Source: Candidatus Latescibacterota bacterium (GTDB taxonomy: Bacteria > Latescibacterota > UBA2968). Taken from it: a stretch of DNA of 64,000 nt. Shown in pieces: positions 1-8,924 of this stretch. Under the pieces are notes generated by a model. That model made no database searches and was not told the DNA's origin. It saw nothing but the letters and a program-made list of their open reading frames with translations. Where the stretch lies: contig OZ240241.1 of assembly GCA_965198115.1 (NCBI GenBank), positions 5,024,001 through 5,088,000 of the forward strand. Direction: 5' to 3'. Position 1 is the first letter of the stretch. Each line of letters begins with the position of its first letter. Made by a program: the position numbers and the translations under genes.

Positions 1-3000
1 GAACAGATCGTCTCGGCCGACGCCGTTTCGATCGAGCCGACCGATGCCGGATTCCTCCTCGTGTTCGCCCCACGCCCACCCGTAACCGTGGCCGATGATG
101 CGGTTATCCGAGGGGACGACGCGGCGGCGGCCGATCTGACAGTGCTCGTGGACCAGCGCGTGATCCTAGCCGGTGAAGTGATGGATGGGGTCCGTGTGGC
201 CGATCGCGTTTTCGTGATTCGGGTGCTCGATCGGATCGACGTCCAGGTGACGGTGGGGGACTTCGATGGCCAGGGCGTGGAGAACGATGCGGAAGTGCGG
301 GTATTCGATCCAGATGGCGCCGAACTCGAGACGGGTTTCCAGGTTTCGCTCGACCGCGATCGGCCGGTGGAGGCATTCTCCGGCGATGTGAAGAACAACC
401 TGAGACCGGGACGCCACCAGATCGTCGTTCGCATTCCGGAGCTGCAGGGCTTGTCCGGGAGAGTCGAATTTCTGATTCGCGATCGCGGTCCCCAGCTGGA
501 GGTGGTCGAGACGTTCCCCGCCGAAGGCGATGTCGATGTGGCCGAATCGAACGAAATCGCGATCACGTTCAACACGCCCATCCGTCAGGCGGGACGGTTT
601 ATTGACGTTACCGCCGTACTGCGACCAGGCGGCCGACTCAGGGATATGGTTCTCTCCGACGATGGTCTTGACGGTCTTCGCTCCCGTCGAGCTGGAGCCG
701 CAAACGAGCTACACCCTGGCCATCGTGAGCGCCGTCGGCATAAACAGGCAGGCGCTCGGCCGCCCAGTCGTAGTCAACTTCTCGACCGGTGGTGCGATCG
801 AAACACCGGCCACGCTGTCGGGCACGGTGGAGCTTGTTGCGAGAGCGAAGCAGGTCGATGCGATCGAAATCCTCCAGGGTGAAATCATCGTGGGCGACGT
901 CGATCGCAGGCAGGCTGGCAGGGGCCATGTGGAAACGGACGGCACGTTCGAGATACAGGGCGTTCCGGCAGGCACCTATCGTCTGTTCGTGAACCTCGAA
1001 ACGTCCACGGGCAGGGCAAGCGGGTTCCTTGACGCCAATGGAGACGGAGCACCCGACGACGTGACGGTTGCCAGTGGAGAAACGATCAGCGGCATCGCCG
1101 TGTCGGTGCTCGAGCCACTCGTGTTTGAAGAGCCCGAGCCGAGCGAGGATCCGACCGTGGTGGTCGACAGCCCGGTCAGTGTCGACCTGGATGTGGCTGT
1201 GGGCGATCAGATGCTCGACTTCGTCCAGGGCGAACCCGGCGGGGAAGTCACCCTCTCTGTTTACGCGGAAGGGGTGGAGAATCTGCTCGGGTTCGATCTG
1301 CTCATCGAGTTCGATCCAACCGCTGTGTCATTCATCGAAGTACTCGAAGACAACGGGGTAGAGGAGCTCAACCTGCTCAAGCAGAACGGCGGGTTCGCAC
1401 TCGACATTCCCAATCCGGACGCGAGCTCCCTCAACTGGTCGGTCGTGATCCTGGGTGCGACGGACGAACAGCTCGCGCAGGGAGACGGTCTGCTGGGTGT
1501 GTTCAGGTTCGAAGTGAACAAGAGTTTCTTCGGGACCACGGACATCACGGTTTCGCAGCTCGTTCAGGAGACGTCGACCGGATCGTCCATTGTTCAGCCT
1601 TTCGTGTCGGCTCAGGTGGACGGTGAAGGAGTGACGAAGCAGATTATCGCGTCGGTCGACGCCGAATCGATTTCGGCGAGCGGCGGTGAGACGACGATTT
1701 CGGTCACCCTCGCGGATCTGGACGGGATAACGTTCGCGGACGACGACGCTTCGACCGTCACGTTCGAGATTGTCGATGGCGACGCAACGGTGGATGACGC
1801 GTCTTCGGTCGAACTGACCGTGACAAGCGGTGAAGCGAGCGTTGTTCTGGCCGCGCAGGGGAGCGGAACGATCCAGGTAGCGATTTCCACGGATGGCGCA
1901 AGTTCTCAACTGATCACCGTTGAAGCGCCTGGACTGGGTGAAGGAGCCCTCGGTCCGGTGGTGCTCGACACGGACACGGCGACGGGCGACCAGGAGCAGC
2001 GGATTCTATCTGGCGAATTCGCACCGGGCGATCAAGTCGTGGTCGATGTGGCCGCTCTGTCGGGCGCAGACGGCATCATCGGGTTCCAGGTGCAGCTCAG
2101 TTACGATCCCGGGGCTCTGTCTTTCGTGGAGTTCACACCGTCCGATCTGATGGCAGCTGGGCTGCCCTTGCCGCGTGAAGAATCCGAGAGCATCATCGAA
2201 ATCAACGTGGCCATTCTGGGCGGGCAGGTTGCGGGTGATTCGGGCAGTCTGGGACTGGCGACGTTCGAGGTCCTCGATGGCTTCGCTGAATCCACGCTGA
2301 TCGAAATCGTGTCGGCCACCTTCGATGAAGACGTGCTGTCGGTCGGGATCGGTGGGGGGGTTGTACAGATCGGTGGTTCGGCCTCCGGGGGTGTGGGAGA
2401 TACTCCCGACTTCGATGGGGACGGCAAGGTCGGTTTCTCGGACTTTGTACAGTTCGCGAACGTATTCGGCAAGTCGTTCGGCGATCCGGAGTATGACGCG
2501 AAGTTCGACTTGAACGGGGACGGGAACATCGGCTTCCCGGATTTCGTGACATTCGCGTCGGCGTTCGGCCAGCCCGCCAAGCGTGCGCTAACCAAGCCGC
2601 TCGGTTTGCGATCGGACTTCAACAAGGAGGCGCGGGTTCAGGTCACATCGCGCCCAGGCGAGGAGGCCAATGAAATTGTCGTAGCCCTGGGACTGGTCAA
2701 TGCTGAGCAGGTGTCGGGATACAGCTTCCTGGTGGACTACGATGCCTCGGCTCTGACCCTGCTCGATGCTCGAACGGTCGGAAGCTCCCTTTTCTCGAGC
2801 GAGGAGGTTGCCCTTCAGACAACGACGGATGGGGGGCTGCTTCTGTCCGACATCCGGCGTGACGTGGATGATGGGGCCAGTCTCTTGACGCTCCGGTTCG
2901 GTATCGCCGATCGTGAGATCGCCACTTCGGTCGATGTGAGCGAGGTTTTCGTTTCGGACGGCGTGGGTGGGATCACGCAACTGGCCGGTTTGAGGGTGGA

Positions 3001-3298
3001 GGAAGTCCGGGTTCTACCGTCCGAGTTCGGAATGAGTCGCAATTTCCCGAATCCGTTCAACCCGGAAACGCAGATCAGCTTCCAGATTCCGGAGAGCACG
3101 AATCTGACGATGATCGTCTACAACACGCTCGGCCAGCAGGTCCGGACCCTGAAACAGGGGAGGATCTCAGCGGGCTTCCACCGCATTTCGTGGGATGGCC
3201 GTGACGAGGTGGGTCGTGGCGTTTCGAGTGGGATCTATCTCGTGCGGATGGCGGCAGGCGAATTCAGGATGGTTCAGAAAATGTTGTTGCTCAAGTAA
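1..3298 (+). CDS. Large secreted multidomain protein, 5'-truncated by the window: Ig-like (Big_5), 2-3 cohesin-like domains, paired EF-hand/dockerin-like module, C-terminal FlgD/T9SS type-A-like sorting domain; apparent +1 frameshift near 667
   Basis: Frame 1 is open from base 1 through ...MVLSDDG and the protein continues in the 530..3298 frame as LTVFAPVELEPQTSYTL. Motifs: DFDGDGKVGFSDF/DLNGDGNIGFPDF and NFPNPFNP...WDGRD...SSGIY...KMLLLK. Confidence 0.8.
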
Positions 3299-3320
3299 CG
3301 GACGGTCATTAAGCGTTTCG

Positions 3321-3354
3321 AAGGGCCCGGAGTTTCTCCGGGCCCTTTCCTTTT
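3321..3354 (+). terminator. Rho-independent terminator
   Basis: AAGGGCCCGGAG-TTT-CTCCGGGCCCTT hairpin followed by TCCTTTT, about 20 nt after the stop. Confidence 0.85.
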
Positions 3355-3469
3355 GCACGACAGTGTCGTGAATGAAGCATCGAATGGCGGATTTCCACAG
3401 CTGCTCCAAAAGAAGCGCACACCATTGTGGCTTTGTTTTCTCTGGACATCGCGTTGTTAAGCAATAACT

Positions 3470-4110
3470 AAACCTTGGTAAGCCCCCGGCTCTGCCGGGG
3501 AGACTCCCAGAGTTTGACAGTTCCAGAAATATGTAAGAGCCTCCCTTGCCGTGGACCGCTCAAAGCACACGGAAGGAAGGCTCTCTAATGAACAACGTAA
3601 GGAGTCTACGTCACACGGTATGGGAGTGCAAGTATGACGTTGTTTGGGTTCGGAAGTATCGTAGAAAAGTGTTGTATGGTGAAATTCGTCGCTATCTGGG
3701 CGAGGTGATTCGGGATCTGGCCGCACAGAAGGAATGCCGTGTGGAAGAGGGTCACCTGCGATCCGACCATGTGCACACGTTGATTTCGATCCCGCCGAAG
3801 CACTCAGTAGCTCAGACGGTAGGGTTCATCAAAGGAAAGAGTGCGATTCACATTGCTCGGAACTATCTGGGACGTAGGTTAGGTCGAACTTCACCGGGCA
3901 GCATTTCTGGGCAAGAGGCTACTGGGTCTCCACCGTTGGCAAGGATGAACAGACGGTTCGGGAGTATATCCAGAACCAGGAGCGGGAGGACCGGCGTCTC
4001 GACCAGCTCAACATTTTCAGGTAATCGCCACCTTTAGGTGGCGCTTGGTTTCCAACCGCTTTGAGCGGTTCACAAGTTTTCAAGCCTCCGGCTTTGCCGG
4101 AGGTCATGAC
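3470..4110 (+). mobile_element. IS200-type element of the IS200/IS605 family (TnpA only); left boundary approximate
   Basis: Near-identical subterminal hairpins AAGCCCCCGGCTCTGCCGGGG (3480-3500) and AAGCCTCCGGCTTTGCCGGAG (4082-4102) flank a Y1 transposase. Confidence 0.85.
3588..4024 (+). pseudogene. tnpA: IS200/IS605 Y1 (HUH) transposase, frameshifted by a 5-bp duplication
   Basis: DHVH HUH motif and IKGKS. Removing one TAGGT (3875-3884) restores GRRSNFTGQHFWARGYWVSTVG...REYIQNQ (catalytic Tyr). Confidence 0.9.
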
Positions 4111-4178
4111 TTATGTGTCGCTCGACTCGGGCGGTACGTCTTTTGCCCGGTAAATTCCTTTCTGATTCGATCAGGTTT

Positions 4179-5568
4179 GGGTCAAGTCCCATAGTCAGTT
4201 GAAACTCATCGGGCTCCGTGGTATTCATGCTCTCTGCTGAGCATCTTGATTGTCGCCGAGATTCAGGTTGTTTTTCAGTGCTTGCCTGAGCAGCGGGAGG
4301 TGTTTGTATCCGCTCACGCGTCGCAGGCGTGGTTCGATGTCGAGGAGTGCGGCCGCGACCCATCTGTGTCGCTGAGGAGAGTTGTTCCAGCGGTTGACCT
4401 TCCGTATCAGGTTGCCGGTCATGCTGTTGAGCGCCTCGATGCAATTGGTGGTTCGGAAGCTTCGCTTCAAGAACGGGAGCATCCCCAGCCGGTGGAGGGT
4501 CAGGGTTTCCTCCAGTCCTTCCTCGAGGCTTGCCACGGCAGACTGATTCATCAGCTTGAGTTCGGGTTTGAGTGATTCGAGTGCGGCCTTTGCCTCCTCG
4601 TAGGTGTCGCAGTCATAGGCTTTCTGAAGTTTCCGTCGAACTCTTGGACGTTCTGCCTCCGGGAGGTAGCTGACGACGTTCTCGCGCTTGTGCCACTGAC
4701 AGCGATGCACGCACACATCCCCTTTGAGGGCTTTGGTGACGGCACTGCGGAGTCCCTTTGAGCCGTCCAGCACAACGAGAAGGCCCTGGTCGTAGCACAG
4801 GCCTCTCCGGATGAGATCCTGGATCAGCTGACGGCAGATCCGTTCGTTCTCCGTCGCCGATTCGACGAAGCCCAGGGGGATCTTCTGGCCGTCCGTCGTG
4901 ACGCCCAGAGCGATCACGATCTCTTCGTCGGCAAAGCTCTTTCCGTCGATGAACAGGGCGACCAAGTCGTAGTCGTCGAGCGGTCGTTCCTGGAACTGCT
5001 TCAGCTTCTTCGCGGTGGCTTTGATGAACCGTCGCGAGACGGAGGATGCCGAAATTCCGAACGCTTCGGGTACCGACTCTGCACAGGCTCTGTAGTTGCG
5101 ACAGGAGATTCCCTTGAGCACACGAAGCAGCAGCTTCTCATCCATCGCTCTGGGCCTCTGCATCCCCCGGTATGCGGCCAGAGAAACCTCCGTATCGGAC
5201 TCGACGTCGCGCACACGGGGAACGGCCACCGGCAGCTTCTGGTCTATCAGATACACGGACCCTTTCTGGCTTCCCCATCGACGATGCGACTGCTCTGAAC
5301 CCTTACGCGCATACCGAACGCCTGCGAGCTGCTCCACCTCCTGCTGGAGCACGTCGGCAACGGCCTCCAGACCCAGCGGAATCAGCGCCCGGATCACCGA
5401 TAAACGCGTCTCCAAATCCATAACGTCTGACCCAACCTTGACTTCGCCATCCCCTGCAAATAGCTTCTCCATCGTGGGCTCCTTTCTTACGGGTACACGC
5501 TCTCACACGTCTACCCACAACGTAAGTTTGGAGCCCTTTAAGTTTCAACTAGGATAGGGACCTCACCC
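4179..5568 (-). mobile_element. IS256-family element A
   Basis: 28-bp imperfect terminal IRs GGGTCAAGTCCCATAGTCAGTTGAAACT / AGTTTCAACTAGGATAGGGACCTCACCC; no matching TSD. Confidence 0.85.
4225..5472 (-). CDS. IS256-family (mutator-type) DDE transposase
   Basis: LFIDG, LDGSKGL, RCQWHK and TTNCIE motifs; 415 aa. Confidence 0.93.
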   Translation of the reverse strand: MEKLFAGDGEVKVGSDVMDLETRLSVIRALIPLGLEAVADVLQQEVEQLAGVRYARKGSEQSHRRWGSQKGSVYLIDQKLPVAVPRVRDVESDTEVSLAAYRGMQRPRAMDEKLLLRVLKGISCRNYRACAESVPEAFGISASSVSRRFIKATAKKLKQFQERPLDDYDLVALFIDGKSFADEEIVIALGVTTDGQKIPLGFVESATENERICRQLIQDLIRRGLCYDQGLLVVLDGSKGLRSAVTKALKGDVCVHRCQWHKRENVVSYLPEAERPRVRRKLQKAYDCDTYEEAKAALESLKPELKLMNQSAVASLEEGLEETLTLHRLGMLPFLKRSFRTTNCIEALNSMTGNLIRKVNRWNNSPQRHRWVAAALLDIEPRLRRVSGYKHLPLLRQALKNNLNLGDNQDAQQRA

Positions 5569-6380
5569 CATTCGTTGTACAAGTCCCAGTGTTCATACTT
5601 GGGGAGTTTAACCGCATTCGGAACCTGATAGAACGAGGTTCCTTTCTTGAATTCTTCCACGATAGCGACCTGTAGTTCTTCTATAAATTCACGCGTTTGA
5701 GTCACGTCTGACTTGGTACCGAAAGGTTCCTTCGCGTGCGAGTGAGAGTAGATCGCCGTTTGGAAATTCATCTTTTCAACTTCTGTGAGCGTTCGTGTCC
5801 ACTCTTTGATGTTGAAATCCGCGATAGAAAAAAGCACGCGATTGGGTGTCACGATGTCAGCGATGTAGGCGACTTGTTCCTCAGGCAGCAGAAACACGGT
5901 CATGCCGAGTCCGTGACTCATTCCCGTGTGGTGTAGTTCAATCGTTCTTCCGCCTAGAATGATATCCTTCCGGGATCCAGCCCAAACTTCATCGGGAAGT
6001 GCCAGATCTGGATGTGGGTTGGCCTTCATCCACTCGAAGGCTTCCACGTGTGCCACAATCGTGGCTCCTTGATCACGAAAGAGTTGTCCGCCTTTCGCGT
6101 GATCCCAGTGATTATGACTGTGCAGCAGATATCGAACGGGTTTTTCTGTGGTGCTTCCGATTGCTTCCAGTAGTCCCTGAGCATGCTTGGGACTGATGGG
6201 TTCAACGGCAATGACCCCTTCATCCGTTACCACAAACATCGAATAGTAGCCGACGCCGGAGTCATACCTGTAAACACCATCGGCTGCTTTCCAAACCTGT
6301 TCCTGTGCAGAAGCGGCATTCACGGTCAACTGAGCTAGGATAGCCACGACCACCGACAAACGCTTTGCATACATCTTCAT
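5538..6380 (-). CDS. Exported MBL-fold metallo-hydrolase; C-terminus truncated by IS256-A
   Basis: Sec signal peptide (..AASA-QE) and HNHWDH (HxHxDH) motif; the last codons GEVPILVET lie inside the IS inverted repeat. Confidence 0.85.
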   Translation of the reverse strand: MKMYAKRLSVVVAILAQLTVNAASAQEQVWKAADGVYRYDSGVGYYSMFVVTDEGVIAVEPISPKHAQGLLEAIGSTTEKPVRYLLHSHNHWDHAKGGQLFRDQGATIVAHVEAFEWMKANPHPDLALPDEVWAGSRKDIILGGRTIELHHTGMSHGLGMTVFLLPEEQVAYIADIVTPNRVLFSIADFNIKEWTRTLTEVEKMNFQTAIYSHSHAKEPFGTKSDVTQTREFIEELQVAIVEEFKKGTSFYQVPNAVKLPKYEHWDLYNEWGEVPILVET

Positions 6381-6415
6381 CTCCTTGCTATTTCAGTTCG
6401 TGAGGTGTCTTAGCA

Positions 6416-7240
6416 TCATCGCCCTGTGATTCTTTCTCTCCACTGACCAAGCTGCTGTGAAAGGTCTGCTTCCCCATAGCCATTCAGGCATTCTACGTAG
6501 ATGTCGATGAATCGACAGTAGAGAGGCGCGAGACCTTGCTCCAGCCGATCGACGACGTCGTCCAGCTCGTCGGGCAGCGCGTTCATCCGCCAGTGATAGG
6601 TCTGACGCACCAGTTCCGCGTCCGGACCGGAGAAACGGTCGACGTAGTATCTGTAGGAGGCTTCATTGCTCGCGATTTTGCCCGTTTTCCCCAGAAAGAT
6701 GAACCGGGCAGGAAAGAGTACGCGCTTCGTGACCATTACGGTTCCCTGGGAAGCCAAAAGCTGGCAGTTGTGGAATTCTTCGAGAACCTGATCGTTGTAC
6801 AGAGTGTTCAGCGCGAATTCTGCGCTGGACGTGACAAGCTCTCTTTTCGACGGACGCTTCAGCCGACTCCTTGTCTCTCGTCCTGCCAGGAGCACCGCGT
6901 GGTCGATCAGGTCCAACCTGTCGAATGGGGGATAGCGCCCGGCGTCTACAACACCATTGATCGAATCGATTGAGCCCCAGAATATTGAAACCTTGTTCGC
7001 AACCGTAGCGTTTCGTTTCAGCGTCTTTGATAGGATCCGATCAACTTCAGCCTCATCTTGTGGATTCAACGGTCCTTCAAGGATGAGGCCTATATCAATG
7101 TCGCTCGCGACCTCGCTGAAACCACCTCTGGCCAGACTGCCCATGACATAGACAGCAACGCATCGATTCGGAAAGGTTGATTGACTCAGCTGCGTGATGT
7201 CTTGAACCAATGACCTTATGTCTGCATTGTTCGTCTGCAC
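6416..7240 (-). CDS. Pol-beta-superfamily nucleotidyltransferase-domain protein
   Basis: YVMGSLARGG..SDID (GS..DxD) at the N-terminus, helical C-terminal half. Confidence 0.7.
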   Translation of the reverse strand: MQTNNADIRSLVQDITQLSQSTFPNRCVAVYVMGSLARGGFSEVASDIDIGLILEGPLNPQDEAEVDRILSKTLKRNATVANKVSIFWGSIDSINGVVDAGRYPPFDRLDLIDHAVLLAGRETRSRLKRPSKRELVTSSAEFALNTLYNDQVLEEFHNCQLLASQGTVMVTKRVLFPARFIFLGKTGKIASNEASYRYYVDRFSGPDAELVRQTYHWRMNALPDELDDVVDRLEQGLAPLYCRFIDIYVECLNGYGEADLSQQLGQWRERITGR

Positions 7241-7503
7241 TTACGCAACTCCAGGCGTCTGAAGGCGAGCCCGTCGAGGGATCGTGTGGCGCACCCGATT
7301 CGAGTTGAGAACAGAACTGCGTAGATAGGCTTGTTGGGGTGCGTCAAACAAGGGCTTTTCGCGTGGTCGCGAGCCAGCTCATCGCAGGGTTCGGCTTAGC
7401 TCTTCAGTTCACACTCAGCCAGGAAATCACTGCGTGTATATTGACGAGGTCCACATTTACGTGAGTTGTTTGGATGCGCACCATCTGATCTGGGAGATCT
7501 AGG

Positions 7504-8877
7504 GAGCTATAATCAAAAGGTGTGGAAAAAGAGAAAGGGCGACCCTACCCTTCCCGTGAGATAGTTGATTCACACAAAACCGGGTGAGAGGCCCGGTTGG
7601 GAAGGAGGATCGCCGTGAAGGAACATACGCATAGAGCCCCATTGAAGTCCATGCCGACGTGGGAGACGGTTGACGATTGGATCCGTGAAGAGATCCAGGG
7701 CCGGTTCCAGTCCATTCTGGAGGAGGAGGCGACCGCGTTCTTGGGCCGGTCGTGGTATGAGCGCCGAGCCGAGGTCGATAGCTCCAGGGGCTACAGGAAC
7801 GGCTACGGCAAGCCCCGGCGTCTCTCGACGAGCTGCGGAACGATCAAGGTCCGGCGTCCCCGGGTTCGTGGTCTGGAAGAGCGGTTTGAAAGCCGCATCC
7901 TCCCCCTGTTCGCCCGGAGAACCAGGGCCATTGGAGATCTGCTTCCCGACCTTTATCTCCACGGTCTCTCCCAGGGCGACTTCGAGTTGTCTTTGCGTGC
8001 GCTGCTCGGTGATGGCGCGCCGCTTTCGCCGACCTCGATCGCTCGTCTTCGAGGGAAGTGGGAGGTCGACTTCCAGGACTGGAAAGAAAGGCGTCTGGAT
8101 AATCGCGAACTGGTCTACGCCTGGGCTGATGGCATCTACGTCAAAGCCGGGCTCGAGCGCGAGAAGGCGTGTCTGCTGGTCGTGATCGGCGCGATGAGCG
8201 ACGGCAGCAAGGAGATCCTGGCGATAGAACCCGGTTATCGAGAGTCTACAGAATCCTGGCTCACGGTGCTACGGGATCTCCGGGATCGCGGGCTCGAACA
8301 TCCTGTCCTGATCGCCGCGGACGGGAATATGGGCATCTGGGCGGCCGTTGATCAGGTCTGGCCAGAGAGCCGGCAACAACGGTGCTGGAACCACAAGATC
8401 CTCAACGTGCTCGACAAGGTCGCCAAGCGTGCACAGGCTGAAGCCCGCGCACTGCTCGTCCAGATCCCCTATGCCGGCACGAAAAAGGAGGCCGAGAAGC
8501 TCCGGAAACGCTTTGCCGCACGGTATCGCTCACAGTTCCCTGCCGCCGTGGAGACGCTCGAAAGAGACTGGGATCGGATGGTCACGTTCTACGACTTCCC
8601 GAAGGAACACTGGAAACACCTGAGAACCACGAACGTCGTCGAGAGCCCCTTTGCTTCCGTTCGGCTTCGCACAAACGCCGCCAGGCGATTCAAGAAAGTC
8701 AGGAACGCCACGGCTCTCATCTGGCGTACGCTCAAGGTCGCAGAGAGCCGATTCAGGAAACTCACCGCGCCACACTTGCTACAACAAGTCTACGATCAGA
8801 AACACTCAACCGGACCGCAGGTCGAAGCCGGGAAGATGGCCGCCTGATTTCTTTTACACACCTATTGACCTGAGCTC
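7504..8877 (+). mobile_element. IS256-family element B with 8-bp TSD GATCTAGG
   Basis: IRs GAGCTATAATCAAAAGGTGTGGAAAA / TTTTACACACCTATTGACCTGAGCTC; GATCTAGG at 7496-7503 and 8878-8885. Confidence 0.95.
7615..8847 (+). CDS. IS256-family transposase
   Basis: YRNGY, WADG, ADG, QRCWNHK and RTTNVVE motifs; GTG start after GGAGG. Confidence 0.93.
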   Translation: MKEHTHRAPLKSMPTWETVDDWIREEIQGRFQSILEEEATAFLGRSWYERRAEVDSSRGYRNGYGKPRRLSTSCGTIKVRRPRVRGLEERFESRILPLFARRTRAIGDLLPDLYLHGLSQGDFELSLRALLGDGAPLSPTSIARLRGKWEVDFQDWKERRLDNRELVYAWADGIYVKAGLEREKACLLVVIGAMSDGSKEILAIEPGYRESTESWLTVLRDLRDRGLEHPVLIAADGNMGIWAAVDQVWPESRQQRCWNHKILNVLDKVAKRAQAEARALLVQIPYAGTKKEAEKLRKRFAARYRSQFPAAVETLERDWDRMVTFYDFPKEHWKHLRTTNVVESPFASVRLRTNAARRFKKVRNATALIWRTLKVAESRFRKLTAPHLLQQVYDQKHSTGPQVEAGKMAA

Positions 8878-8924
8878 GATCTAGGTCGCTGTAGAGAGTG
8901 AACCGAGGATCACGGAGACTTCTG

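Noticed and set aside
4025-4180. TnpB/IscB nuclease associated with the IS200
   Set aside because: No ORF lies between tnpA and the right-end hairpin; the element is TnpA-only.
4179-8877. Composite transposon bounded by two IS256 elements
   Set aside because: The elements differ in sequence and IRs, and element B has its own TSD.
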